A DNA stretch of 63,994 nt, filler included, from Asterionella formosa (Eukaryota), in NCBI GenBank assembly GCA_002256025.1. It is 4 parts of 4 records of this genome, joined end to end, with 100 filler letters (N's around TTAATTAATTAA, not from the genome) between each part and the next. Parts side by side here need not be neighbours in the genome. Positions count along the whole stretch, not along the records: positions 1 to 15,988 come from NKIB01005162.1; positions 16,089 to 32,074 come from NKIB01005169.1; 2 more parts are not named here. One strand, 5' to 3'. The notes beneath the pieces are model-generated. The model did not search any database and was not told where the DNA came from. It saw only the letters and a list, made by a program, of their open reading frames with translations. Made by a program: the position numbers and the translations under genes. Positions 13,862 through 25,029 of the stretch are shown here, one piece after another (position 1 is the first letter of the stretch; each line of letters starts with the position of its first letter).

Positions 13862-14271
13862 NNNNNNNNNNNNNNNNNNNNNNNNNNNNNNNNNNNNNNN
13901 NNNNNNNNNNNNNNNNNNNNNNNNNNNNNNNNNNNNNNNNNNNNNNNNNNNNNNNNNNNNNNNNNNNNNNNNNNNNNNNNNNNNNNNNNNNNNNNNNNNN
14001 NNNNNNNNNNNNNNNNNNNNNNNNNNNNNNNNNNNNNNNNNNNNNNNNNNNNNNNNNNNNNNNNNNNNNNNNNNNNNNNNNNNNNNNNNNNNNNNNNNNN
14101 NNNNNNNNNNNNNNNNNNNNNNNNNNNNNNNNNNNNNNNNNNNNNNNNNNNNNNNNNNNNNNNNNNNNNNNNNNNNNNNNNNNNNNNNNNNNNNNNNNNN
14201 NNNNNNNNNNNNNNNNNNNNNNNNNNNNNNNNNNNNNNNNNNNNNNNNNNNNNNNNNNNNNNNNNNNNNNN
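13862..14271. other. Intra-scaffold assembly gap (410 N)
   Basis: Run of N without a linker. Confidence 0.98.
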
Positions 14272-14320
14272 CGGGAATTGCTTCAATAATAACCTTCTCG
14301 GCGGCTACTTGCCTTCTTGT

Positions 14321-14425
14321 ATACATGTGTGTTCGAGGCAGGGTGGCACGAGTAGGTTGACTATACAAGTGCGCCACTCATTTTGTCAACCTTCTTGCGC
14401 CACCCTGCCTCAAACACACATGTAT
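14321..14425. repeat. Long inverted repeat/hairpin (41 bp arms, 23 nt loop)
   Basis: ATACATGTGTGTTCGAGGCAGGGTGGCACGAGTAGGTTGAC versus GTCAACCTTCTTGCGCCACCCTGCCTCAAACACACATGTAT; 4 mismatches. Confidence 0.85.
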
Positions 14426-15988
14426 GTTCGCAGGCAAGAGACCACCTCGGGCGTGTATTGCCTTCAGCAACAGCATACAAATCACATATTTCTCACATGG
14501 CAATTTGATGTCGTTGCCCAACATTTTGTACAGCAGCTGCAGTGGCACCCTTAGGTCTTCCTCCGGTTATTGTGCTGGTTGTTTCTTGTTGACTAACACT
14601 GCCTTCTGCATCTGCTGTTCTCATCTCGCCCTCACCAAAATTCTCACAGGTATGTTCAATATTGTGTGTGTTATTATGCTCTGCGCTTGTCAGCTCATTT
14701 AGCTGGCTATCAAATGGTATCTCACTACTAGGTTGCTGGTGCTACTGGTGAGGAAACATAATTGGTGATGATGGTGGGGGCAAGATTCCTAGGAGCATTA
14801 AAGTTGCTGGTCGACATTGTGGAAAGAAGGGAAGCAAAAGTTTGAGAGGATGAGGCGGCATTACCTATAGCAGCTGAGAACATGCTGGTCGATGTAGCAG
14901 TACTAGAGTAAATCTCATTAAATGATTTCTTGTTCTTTATCATCTGGAACTTGACATGGTTAATTGATAGCCATGGGAGCATTCTTTTCCTAGCCTCCAC
15001 CACATTTTACCTCCATTGTTAGCCTTGATAGGGCAGCTTGAAACTCTCCAATTACATTGTTGAGGTTTAGCTGCGGCTGCTCAATTTCCATTTCATGAGG
15101 AGTTAGCATTCCTTGGTCTGCCAACATGATTACTATAGTATCTCAACGATGACTCCGCAAATAATTGTATATTGCTTGTGAAACTTACAAGTTGGATTTG
15201 TTGGCTTGTTTTTATGTCATGCATACCAGCCACAGTGCTGGTTTACTAGTCGTCTATCATGCCAGTACCAGGTACCACTAGTTTCTAATATTTCTTATTT
15301 ATTGGTGCACCGGCACTTAAACAACTCTAAATAAACAAGTTATTATGGGCGCACAACTTAATTGCAATGGCGCAAACATGCCATAGTAATGATGTGGAAA
15401 AGTCTTGAAACAAGCTAATTATTTATATAGCTTCAGCTTCTCTTATGTGTTGAAAAAGTCATGCAGGCTCAATGGGGTAAAACTGATTTTACCAAAAACC
15501 GTCAACAGCCAACTTTGGGCTACTATAACTAAAGAACTGGTACAAGATAGCAGTGTTCAAGTACTAACAATGCTGTTCCTTATATGCACAGGAAGAACTT
15601 TGTCTAATACAGATTTATAATATTACAAATTTTCATCTCAAACCATGTGATTACCCTGTTTTGTTACGACTATCAGTACAACACTGGAAGGTTGTATGAC
15701 TCAGTTTTTAGGTGGTATATACCAGTACACCATTCGAAGTTAATACATGGTACAGTATCCATTTTAGCCTCACAATATAGTAATTGGCCATCAGTTCAGT
15801 TCTTCCGGACAAAGTACCAGGATTCTGTGTACCTCCACCGGACAATCGTCCGATATTTGAGAAAATGATCGAACTGTTGTTCATCAAAACGAACTCGGTG
15901 AAGCTAGTGATTTTCGGTTGAAGTTTAGTGAAGATCACCTTCACGGCGTTATACCGGACGATTGTCCGGTAAAAATCTAGTACTAGCT

Positions 15989-16088
15989 NNNNNNNNNNNN
16001 NNNNNNNNNNNNNNNNNNNNNNNNNNNNNNNNTTAATTAATTAANNNNNNNNNNNNNNNNNNNNNNNNNNNNNNNNNNNNNNNNNNNN
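15989..16088. other. Artificial contig linker N44-TTAATTAATTAA-N44
   Basis: Six-frame stop linker; identical structure at 32075 and 48145. Confidence 0.97.
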
Positions 16089-16351
16089 CGAAAATTGAGA
16101 TCGCCGATAACAACATGAAGTCGCGTTTTTCTTGCGAGGTGAAGAACTCTCTCATTTTTCACAAGACGGAAATAATTGTCATATTAATACATCTTAGAAA
16201 AATGTGCGCTATCCTGTAGAACTAAAGAAATTTACTTAAGTCCATTATAAGGGAAATCTCTTCATTGTCCTGGGCCCCCCTTAAGTAAAATCAGTCAAAT
16301 TCAGTCACGGCAGTGTACATTGGGGGGTCCAGGACAATGAAGTATACGGTA
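16089..16351. repeat. TE end with internal inverted repeat, ending ...TATACGG-TA; copy 1
   Basis: Matches 34820-35065. CTTCATTGTCCTGGGCCCCCC ... GGGGGGTCCAGGACAATGAAG form an inverted pair. Confidence 0.7.
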
Positions 16352-16767
16352 CATCTTTTACATAGCTGAGATCGTGATGTCAGCAAAATTACCGCAACAT
16401 GCGGTAACATGATCTGTTCCATTGTATTTTGAGGAGTACCGGTACTGGTACCCTGGTAGTCCTACCAGGTACCAGGTACTGTATTTGATTTGATGATCAA
16501 CTCCAGCCGTAACTGACACCTGTACTCCGTACCAAGCCAGTACCCGGTACTTCATCATGATTCTGGTGCACTTGCATTTTGCATATGTTGCTTCCTTCCT
16601 TCAGCCTAAGGTTCTCATTGTCAAATACTTTTACGTAGAAGGTCCTGTACTGTGTACTGGCAGCTGGTTTCACAAGCAGATCGCTCGTGTTGCCGAGTTT
16701 TGAAAACGACATCAGCCAGGCAGACAACAGCCATCAACAATCAGTGATGTACTTACGGTACCAGGTA

Positions 16768-16840
16768 GCAAGTTGCGGTAATTTTGGCTATCTTTATCCC
16801 AGATTAAAATGTTAGTTTGAGCAAAATGACCGCAACTTGC
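16768..16840. mobile_element. MITE, TIR GCAAGTTGCGGT(A/C)ATTTTG
   Basis: Terminal inverted repeats; related copies at 29124-29204, 62029-62118 and a disrupted copy at 55808-61712. Confidence 0.8.
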
Positions 16841-17141
16841 CTGGTACCTGGTACTAACTTCTATGTACATATATAGCTTGCTAAATTGCTCTTTGCTGCA
16901 TACCGGTATTTTATTCATCCGTACTCACTGCTACTACCTGGGGACCCTACTAGACCCCGGTAAATTACTGGTATCGCTACACGGTAGACTGCCGGTACTC
17001 CTACATACTACCAGGTACTGCATGACAGCAAACATGCATCAGCCAGCAAAAGCAAATCACAGATCCACTTGGATCGCTCTGAATCCAACGATCACAAAAA
17101 AGCCGAAGGCGAACAATCGAATCTTCTCGCCCGCTCTCGAA

Positions 17142-18778
17142 ATGGCCAAATTTGCTCTCGCTGCTATCGTTCTTCTCACCGCTGGTAAGCAAGCCATTTG
17201 AGTCGTTTTGCTATGCTCTCGAAAGATGTGTCTCGTCGTTGTTTCCCAATTTTGTTGTTGGTTTTTACACAAGTTTCATTTTGTTCAACTTATAAATCTG
17301 TTTTGTATTACCTTTGCAGGGACAGTTTCTGCCTTTACCGGAACACAACTCAAATCAACTGCTTTCGGCGTCTCTCGGTCATCCACCTCCCTCAGCATGT
17401 CGACCATCAAAGCTATCAAGGCCCGTGAAATATTGGATTCCAGAGGGAACCCTACTGTCGAGGTGAGTCGACTTCAAACGTTCTACAGACTCTAATTCAT
17501 TTAACTTGCTTACAATGTTTTCCATTAAAGGTGGAGATGACCACTGACGATGGTATCTTCCGAGCTTCTGTTCCTTCCGGCGCATCAACCGGTGCTTATG
17601 AAGCAGTCGAACTTCGTGATGGCGGAGATCGCTACATGGGAAAGGGTGTTTTGACCGCTGTAAACAATGTCAACAGCATCTTGGGACCAGCTGTGCTCGG
17701 TATGGATCCTACCTGTCAACGTGATATTGACAATGTTATGATCAAGCTTGATGGAACTCCTAATAAAGCCAACCTCGGTGCGAATGCCATTCTTGGAATC
17801 TCCTTGGCTGCATCCAAAGCTGGAGCCGCCGCAAATGGCATCCCACTTTATGCTCATTTCGCCAAGTTGGCTGGAAACAACTTAGACACTTTCACCATGC
17901 CTGTTCCATGCTTCAACGTCATTAACGGTGGATCCCATGCTGGAAACAAGTTAGCCTTCCAGGAGTACTTCGTCATTCCTACAGGCGCCGAATCTTTCGC
18001 CGAAGCCATGCAGATTGGTTGTGAAGTCTACCACACTCTCGGAAAGATCATTAAGGCCAAATTTGGTGGTGATGCCACTTTGATTGGAGATGAAGGTGGT
18101 TTCGCTCCTCCCTGCGATAACCGTGAGGGATGCGAGCTCATTATGGAGGCTCTCAAGAAGTCTGGACACGAGGGCAAGTGCACCATTGGTCTTGATGTTG
18201 CTGCGTCCGAGTTCAAGGTCAAGGGCGTCGACGGATACGATTTGGATTTCAAGTACGATGGAAACGTCATTACTGGTGAAGCCCTCGGTAACTTGTACCA
18301 AGAGCTTGCTGCCGATTTCCCCATCGTTACTATTGAGGATCCCTTCGACGAAGATGACTGGGCTGCCTGGTCTGCATTTACTGGCAAGAATGCTGCCAAG
18401 TTCCAAGTTGTCGGTGATGACTTGACTGTTACCAATATTGAGAAAATCAGCCGCGCCATTGATGAAACCGCCTGTACTTGCTTGTTGTTGAAGGTTAACC
18501 AGATTGGTTCCATCTCAGAGTCAATTGACGCTGTGAAGTTGGCCAAACAGGCAGGATGGGGAGTTATGACTTCGCACCGTAGTGGAGAAACTGAAGACAC
18601 TTACATTGCCGACTTGGCCGTTGGTCTATGCACTGGACAGATCAAGACAGGAGCTCCGTGCCGATCTGAACGTCTCGCAAAATATAACCAGCTCCTTCGA
18701 ATTGAGTCTGAGTTGGGTGCTGAGAACACTGTTTTCGCCGGGAAGGGTTTCCGCACGACTGCTTGGATGGGACATTAA
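17142..18778 (+). CDS. ENO: Enolase, plastid-targeted; join(17142..17184,17320..17462,17531..18778), ~477 aa
   Basis: [46 protein letters not shown] and [10 protein letters not shown] motifs. Two GT-AG introns keep the frame. N-terminus [22 protein letters not shown] is a signal peptide plus ASAFAP-like site. Confidence 0.96.
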
Positions 18779-19326
18779 ATGAAGTCTGAGCAAGCTATAG
18801 CTGCATTTGCATATGCAAGTTTACCTGTAAGTAGATTTTTATTGACATGCACGACCTTGTTTCATCGCCTTGGCGTTTTCATGATGAATAGGCTATTGCA
18901 GGATCGATGAGCTTACTAAGATGATGTATTTAATAGGGAATTAGTCAACGTTTCTCTGGTCTATCATGATATGCTAATGTCATACGGTATCCAGGCCCTA
19001 CATAACGGGTTTCGAGGGTATCCTGTATTCTGCCAGTAGCCGACCGGTAACTATTTTGATGTAGCTATTGCTTTGTATGTGTTATCTACCAGTATGACTA
19101 TCAGGTACTGGTACCAGTACTGTTACCTGGTTGTAGTAGCTGGTGGTAGTTGGTAATGGGTATCATGTGTACTTTGTGATATATATTGTTGGGATACATG
19201 TCTATATACAGCATGAAAGTGTGATATAATCGGTGTTCGCATTTATCTTAATATCTGTATATGCATTGGCGACGCACGCTCCCTTAAAATGATTTCGCCA
19301 TTTGGGACACAACAAAATACCCAACG

Positions 19327-19557
19327 ATGAACCTCCGTCAACGAATCCAAGTTCTTCTGATTTTGTTCTTCACCTTGATTGCCTTTGCATCATACCACCC
19401 GAACACAGGTTCGACGGCATGGATGCAATGGGCAACTCTTGTTGTAATGCTCTTTTTTTCCTTCGTGTTCGACCTTGCCTTCACCGACGACTCGAATTTT
19501 CTGTTTGACCCAGATGCTGATAACTGGCGACGCAAGACGGAAGCTGGTCAGTATTAA
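19327..19557 (+). CDS. Small two-TM membrane protein (76 aa), unknown function
   Basis: ATG in an A-rich context; two hydrophobic segments and a charged tail FDPDADNWRRKTE. Confidence 0.6.
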   Translation: MNLRQRIQVLLILFFTLIAFASYHPNTGSTAWMQWATLVVMLFFSFVFDLAFTDDSNFLFDPDADNWRRKTEAGQY

Positions 19558-20339
19558 CGTCACGTACAACCTACGCTTGTGGCAGCTTCCAAAGTTGCTT
19601 CAAAGCGAATACACAATGCTACGAATTCAAATGATTGCGATGGTAACATTATGTTAGTGGAGAAAGGGACGAATGGAATGGACTTTTGTTAGATCAACTT
19701 TGATGAATATAGTGAGAAAATGGTCAAATGGAAGTGATTTTGTAATATAATCTGCTGTTTTGAAATCAAATCGATCGCTGAAGTATTCGCTGCTCGCCGA
19801 TGGAAACCTTGTTACCGGTGATGCTGCAAACCAATGAGTGTATCAAGAAGCACTCAGTGACAAACCATATCATGAACAATGGTACCTGCTGTCTTTTTTT
19901 CTCCTGTGACTCTTGCACATCAAGCTGGTTGGTGATCGCCTCGGCTTCGTTCATAGAGTTTGAGCGTGCGAATACGAGAATGAGATATTCTCCTTGTTTG
20001 AGCATATAGTATCCTCAAGCATGCTTGGAATATGTTTGTATTGTTGAGTTACGTCTCTCAATGCATTTCCCTCATATTCCATACAAGTACCAGCAGTGCG
20101 AAGAAAACGTCCTTATTCGTTTCATTGGAACAGTGTGTCGATCGGTTTTCTCGGCTTTCTATTCTATTCGTACCTCGTTTGTTTCTCTCGTGATGTCCTT
20201 GTTTTCCTAATTTGAAATTGTAATTATGAACCCAAGAAACTATGCATTAATTGGGTTTGCAAACCATTGGTGTTGCACGGGGAATCACTATGAGCAGCAA
20301 TTTCATTGGCATGTGGAAATTTTGCAAGTCAAGAAACTT

Positions 20340-20795
20340 TTAATAAAGCTTCGAATTCGACGGTAATTGTTTTGTTCGTCGGGATCGCTGATCTCGTTCT
20401 TGTTGATGTTGTCTTCGTTCTTCGTGAAGGCTTCCCAAAAGTCGATTCATTGGCATATACGCTTGAGGAGCGTCTTTCGAAGCCGTGCCTTCTCCAACTT
20501 CCTGCTGCATTCCTTGCTGTTCCTGATGCGTTGAATTGTAAGCATAGTCGTTTTGACGGACCATTCGTTCGTTGTCTACTCTGTCATTCCAGGCTTGCGC
20601 ATTCGACAGTTCAGCTTGGTAATTTGAAATCTTCTGCGCGTGCTGCTGATCAAAGAAAGTAGGGGATGATGCGTTCACTCGCAGACGTTTCATCGAGTGT
20701 TGCAAGGGCTCTTCACCGACAGCAACTTGGTCGTTATGATGACGTTTAGTCGAACTTCTCGAAGCCGCCTCTTGTAACGAAGTCAGCCTCTCCAT
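20340..20795 (-). CDS. Hypothetical hydrophilic protein (151 aa, possibly with an upstream exon)
   Basis: Open Gln-rich ORF with NLS-like MKRLR and a C-terminal helix YMPMNRLLGSLHEERR. Confidence 0.6.
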   Translation of the reverse strand: MERLTSLQEAASRSSTKRHHNDQVAVGEEPLQHSMKRLRVNASSPTFFDQQHAQKISNYQAELSNAQAWNDRVDNERMVRQNDYAYNSTHQEQQGMQQEVGEGTASKDAPQAYMPMNRLLGSLHEERRQHQQERDQRSRRTKQLPSNSKLY

Positions 20796-21162
20796 GGCGA
20801 AGATTCTTCGTCGTCACAGTGGAAGGATTCAGCAACGGAGGAGTATCTATAAAAGATCAGTAGAAGGAGATTGAGGAAGGCAGCAGAACCAAATACAGTT
20901 CAGAAGTCTTCTTTGGAAACATGAAAATTTAACTTCACTAATTGCTTGTTTTTCGTTGTCCTTTCGTAACGCTGAATGAATCAAAATGTTTGTTATAATT
21001 ATTTATATAGTAAGTACCGGTATTCCCCTATTGTTCTTCAAATACTTTCTTTGCTTGTTATTCCGGTAGAGACGACAACTGGTCCGTAGTCTGTCCAGCC
21101 TACTTACTGCAGGTACTACCGGTATACATACAATTATATTCTGAAACAACACTCTAGGCTTT

Positions 21163-21168
21163 ATATAC
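21163..21168 (+). promoter_or_regulatory. TATA-like element upstream of the permuted tRNA
   Basis: TTTATATAC about 25-30 nt upstream of the leader GTGAACGG (21191). Confidence 0.5.
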
Positions 21169-21207
21169 TTTAATGTACGCCGAAATATTTGTGAACGGTA
21201 GTAGCAC

Positions 21208-21294
21208 ATCAGGAGATTCCGGGTTCGAATCCCGGGCAGGTTTCAATGCCCTGTTACCGACTTGTTGGCCCAATGGTAAGGCGCCTGACTACGG
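21208..21294 (+). tRNA. trnR-ACG: Circularly permuted tRNA-Arg(ACG): 3' half 21208-21243, 15 nt spacer, 5' half 21259-21294
   Basis: 5' half GACTTGTTGGCCCAATGGTAAGGCGCCTGACTACGG plus 3' half ATCAGGAGATTCCGGGTTCGAATCCCGGGCAGGTTT fold to a full cloverleaf. Anticodon stem CCTGA/TCAGG, loop CT-ACG-GA, perfect T arm CCGGG-TTCGAAT-CCCGG, D stem GCC/GGC, acceptor GACTTGT/GCAGGTT with three G-U pairs. Confidence 0.8.
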
Positions 21295-21417
21295 ACCTGT
21301 TCTTTTATTTTTTTCAAACTCTTCTTGTCACAAAATTATTATTCTTGGATGTGACTACGGACCTGTTCTTTTATTTTTTTCAAACTCTTCTTGTCACAAA
21401 ATTATTATTCTTGGATG
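21286..21417 (+). repeat. Perfect 66 bp tandem duplication
   Basis: TGACTACGGACCTGTTC...TTCTTGGATG at 21286-21351 and 21352-21417. Confidence 0.95.
21303..21314 (+). terminator. Pol III oligo-T terminator
   Basis: TTTTATTTTTTT directly after the 8 nt trailer ACCTGTTC. Confidence 0.65.
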
Positions 21418-23653
21418 TGGCCTTTGATGGTAACAAAGTGTGGAAACAAAAAAATCATACCTTAAGGAATGATTCTTTTTATTTTCTGAAACCCCTGTCA
21501 GGAATGCCTCCAATCACCTAGCTACTACTAGTAGGATTTAATGAGCTGCTCAGGGAGTCAGAAGCCTTGTCAATTGAGGATAGATACATCTATAGATGCA
21601 TGAGCAGCACCCAGAAGCAAGCAACAATTACAAGAAAAAATGTTTCTATCATGGAGCTCTATGATGAGGAAAGGAGGAAGAAACGTTCAACATATACTGC
21701 CTAGTCAAGTTTCACCTGCTCAAGTTTCCTAGTATGGTTTTACTTGAGTCAGTAAGTGAAAAAATGATCATTTTCGTTATGTGGTGGACACCAGAATGAA
21801 CCCAGCCATCAAGATAGTAAAGAGATTTATAGCATGATGTTTTTTCACAAATGATGAATAGATAGCCATTCAACAGAGTCACTCAAGAATGTGGATCAAG
21901 GAATGTGCTAGAGTTTTAGAATTAATTTTTATTGTATTGCATGTAGCCAAGAAGTTCCAATAAGCAAGTAGTTCATCATTATTGGTCCTTATCTTGTTGG
22001 CCTCAGTCATTTTAAACACCATGCCCCCCTTTTTGCCTCTTCATATTATTGATTCATATAGGTGATAAAATTTGTTGGCACTCACATACCAATACATTTG
22101 TGTCATATTGACTAAAATTTTCGCTTGAGTTACCATGGTGAACAGGTTCCTGGGTACTAATAGTGTACTGCTAGTACTAGTAAGGGGGTCACAAAGTTTC
22201 AGTCTTTATCTATTATGACAGCATGATGGTGAAAATAGGATTACAAATACTAGCAAAATTTACGTAATGAGAATGGTGTATATTTTGCTCATCCAACATC
22301 TCATATTAGCTAGTACCTAATATTGTTAGAATTATATGTAGGGTCATTTTCTTTTATCAACAGCAATATGGTTTTGATTTCCACAGCAGGAATCATGGTA
22401 TGCATGTTCAGACTCAATCATGGTGGCACAATAAAAGTGGATGAAGTTTATGGGAAACATTAGGTCATCAATGCAATACAAGTCATATCAGCCAGATACC
22501 ACCAGTCCTCTTGTGCAAGTACGAGGCTGTACCCCGTTGTATGATACAATCAATGTCTGATTGCTGGTGCTGTCTGGTATCATAAATACTGACTACTCCA
22601 GTGCCTGGTAGTCTACCAGTACTCAGAGTATGGGTACTGACATTGCAAAGTCTAGAGTGATTTGGGTTAGGGTTGACTTCCTTATATCAATGTGCATGTC
22701 ATCACTACTATGAAAAAACTATTTCTGGTTAAGAAATATTTGATCTCAGCATGCTAATGAAGATGAACATGCAATTAACTAGATAGGATGGAATATTTGG
22801 AAAAATGAATGCTCTATGTAGCTAATGCACTTTTTACAGGCACATTGTTACCATTTGAGTTGCTAATGATATTACTGAAACACTATCTAGATATGTCAGG
22901 AAGTAAAAGAATGATCAATTGCAAATCATTATCATTACTTGGTTATCTATATGAAAGGTTGGGCAAAAGATCCAAGATTGACCTGATCTGAAATAAGTGG
23001 AGTTGAATTGATTGTATATTGAGTTTTAAGAAGCTCACAAAAAAATAGGAATGTAGAACAACATTTCTGTCTACATTTTGCCTTCTATCTACGAATTTTA
23101 CGCACAGCCGTAGATGCGTCCGAACGCGTACGTACAACTATTGTTGTGATATATGAGGAATTAAAAACCGGCATATGCATACCAGTACCGGTGTGAACGG
23201 TGAACAGCCACATGCACGACACCGCCACCATCTGCAGTCCGGCCTTTAATCTAGCTAAATATTTAAGTATTGTGAAAACATCATGTAAGGACGCGGCAGC
23301 GCGGAAGCTGTTGCGATTCCGTTTCTCCTTTCTCCCGTGATGCGTCGTGGTACCTGGTACCTGGTACTTGGTGTCGGTAGTATTAGACGACCTGGTAACC
23401 ATCAGGTGCTGCTACTGGTACCAGGTAGTACCAACAGCTCTAACGGTACCTGGTATGGTACCGGCATTCCGGTAGTTATAATTACCGAAATTACGTTCAA
23501 AAATTCAGGTCTAGCACTGAGCAAAGAACCACTGCCATAATAAAAAAACTGTTGATTTATCAATTCAAACGTACTACAGCTATATCCACATCTCCATAAC
23601 CAACCCAGCTTGTTCGACCTTCCCCTCCACTTTTTGCTTCGCATTTTGCTTCC

Positions 23654-24712
23654 ATGATTCCCAGCATCTCGCCAAATCATCGTTCACATTCTTTGTTTGC
23701 GTTCAGTTTGCTGTTTTCCTCGTGGCCTGCGTCTGACGCATTCACGACTAATTGCTGGCGCCCTTCCGCCTATGTGACAAGGCCGTCAGCGTTACGATTA
23801 CAAATGATGCTGCGTCAGCTAAAGAATTCAAAGGAAAAGGACCTCATATCTACCGAGGCCATCGCGAATGGATTTTTCGATCCATTGAAAACCAGACCCG
23901 GCAGCGGGACCTTTGACGCAGATTCATCTGGACAGCAGAACTTGAATCTCGCAAAAATCTCACCCGTCGATAAGATCGATGTTGCCATGATAGCTGCTGT
24001 GATAGGAGCGGGGTTTCTAGCAGTGGCTACCATCTTATTGACTCAAGGCTCGGGTTTCAACATACCCTCCCCAAACGAAATAATTGCATTAGTGGATCGA
24101 TCCTTGGCGGACCCAACTGCAGCTCTGCGCGACGTTGTAACCTCCGTCGAATCCATGGGTCCACTCGGGGCCCTGTACTTTGGAGCTGTCTACACAGTTG
24201 CAGAGATTTTGGCAATTCCTGCCTTTCCCTTGACTGCTAGTGCAGGTTACCTGTTTGGTGTTGCCAAGGGGACGTCTATCGTCCTGGCGAGTGCAAGCGT
24301 AGCTGCAACCGTTAGTTTTGTTATTGGACGGACGCTCCTTCGGTCGTATGTGGAAAAGTTGTTATTGGAGTTTCCCCAATTTCAAAAAATCGACAAAGCC
24401 ATTGGTAAAGAGGGGTTTAAGTTGATGCTGCTTTTAAGGTTGTCACCCGTCTTTCCATTTGCACTGTCCAATTATTTATATGGAGCGTCCAGTGTTGGCT
24501 TCTTGGAATACTTTTTTGGGACCATGATTGGCTTCACTCCCGGAACTATTGCATATGTGTACGGTGGAGAAGTTGGAAAGGCACTGACACTCGGAGGCGG
24601 GGACACGCAACCACTGTATGTATATGGAGGAGGATTTGTACTTTTAGCTGGGTTTTTAAAGATTTTAGGGGACGTCGCGACTGGGATCATCGAAGAAGTG
24701 AATGATGAGTAA
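23654..24712 (+). CDS. TVP38/TMEM64 (DedA/VTT, SNARE-associated) membrane protein, probably plastid-targeted
   Basis: LAIPAFPLTASAGYLFG, FVIGRTLLR, LLLRLSPVFPFALSNYLYG and GTMIGFTPGT motifs; signal peptide with a SDA-FTT cleavage site. Confidence 0.9.
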   Translation: MIPSISPNHRSHSLFAFSLLFSSWPASDAFTTNCWRPSAYVTRPSALRLQMMLRQLKNSKEKDLISTEAIANGFFDPLKTRPGSGTFDADSSGQQNLNLAKISPVDKIDVAMIAAVIGAGFLAVATILLTQGSGFNIPSPNEIIALVDRSLADPTAALRDVVTSVESMGPLGALYFGAVYTVAEILAIPAFPLTASAGYLFGVAKGTSIVLASASVAATVSFVIGRTLLRSYVEKLLLEFPQFQKIDKAIGKEGFKLMLLLRLSPVFPFALSNYLYGASSVGFLEYFFGTMIGFTPGTIAYVYGGEVGKALTLGGGDTQPLYVYGGGFVLLAGFLKILGDVATGIIEEVNDE

Positions 24713-25029
24713 ACATGCACTAATCATTCAAGAATTCACGCTAAACTACACATGTTATACTAATAAATATGTGACTATCATTATAGATAAAGAATGTTAC
24801 GACATACAAATGACATTCGGTGCACTACATAGCAATGTAAACTGACGACACATGAGTTCTTAATGTTTGTAACAAGCTCAGTCTGAAATCTTTCTGAAGG
24901 GACCCTTTCAACTAATAATGCTAACCTTTCATTGAACTCCTAAAATCGAAATAGCACATACTCTTCATTGTGACAAGTGCATATTACACTTCTAGAAAAG
25001 ATTAATGGTGTGACTACTAATGCAAAAAA

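Noticed and set aside
13681..14377. ORFs of 201 and 177 aa
   Set aside because: They run through an N gap; artefacts.
16033..16044. Palindromic TTAATTAATTAA recurring every ~16 kb
   Set aside because: Artificial six-frame stop linker embedded in Ns.
17585..18600. Antisense ORFs over enolase (likewise over ZEP, HisRS and Yop1)
   Set aside because: Shadows of codon bias on the opposite strand of real genes.
21173..21521. ORFs with repeated peptides DYGPVLLFFSNSS / TTDLFFYFFQTLL
   Set aside because: Translation of the 66 bp duplication and tRNA; not coding.
22663..22676. TTGGGTTAGGGTT telomere-like motif
   Set aside because: Under two full units and internal.
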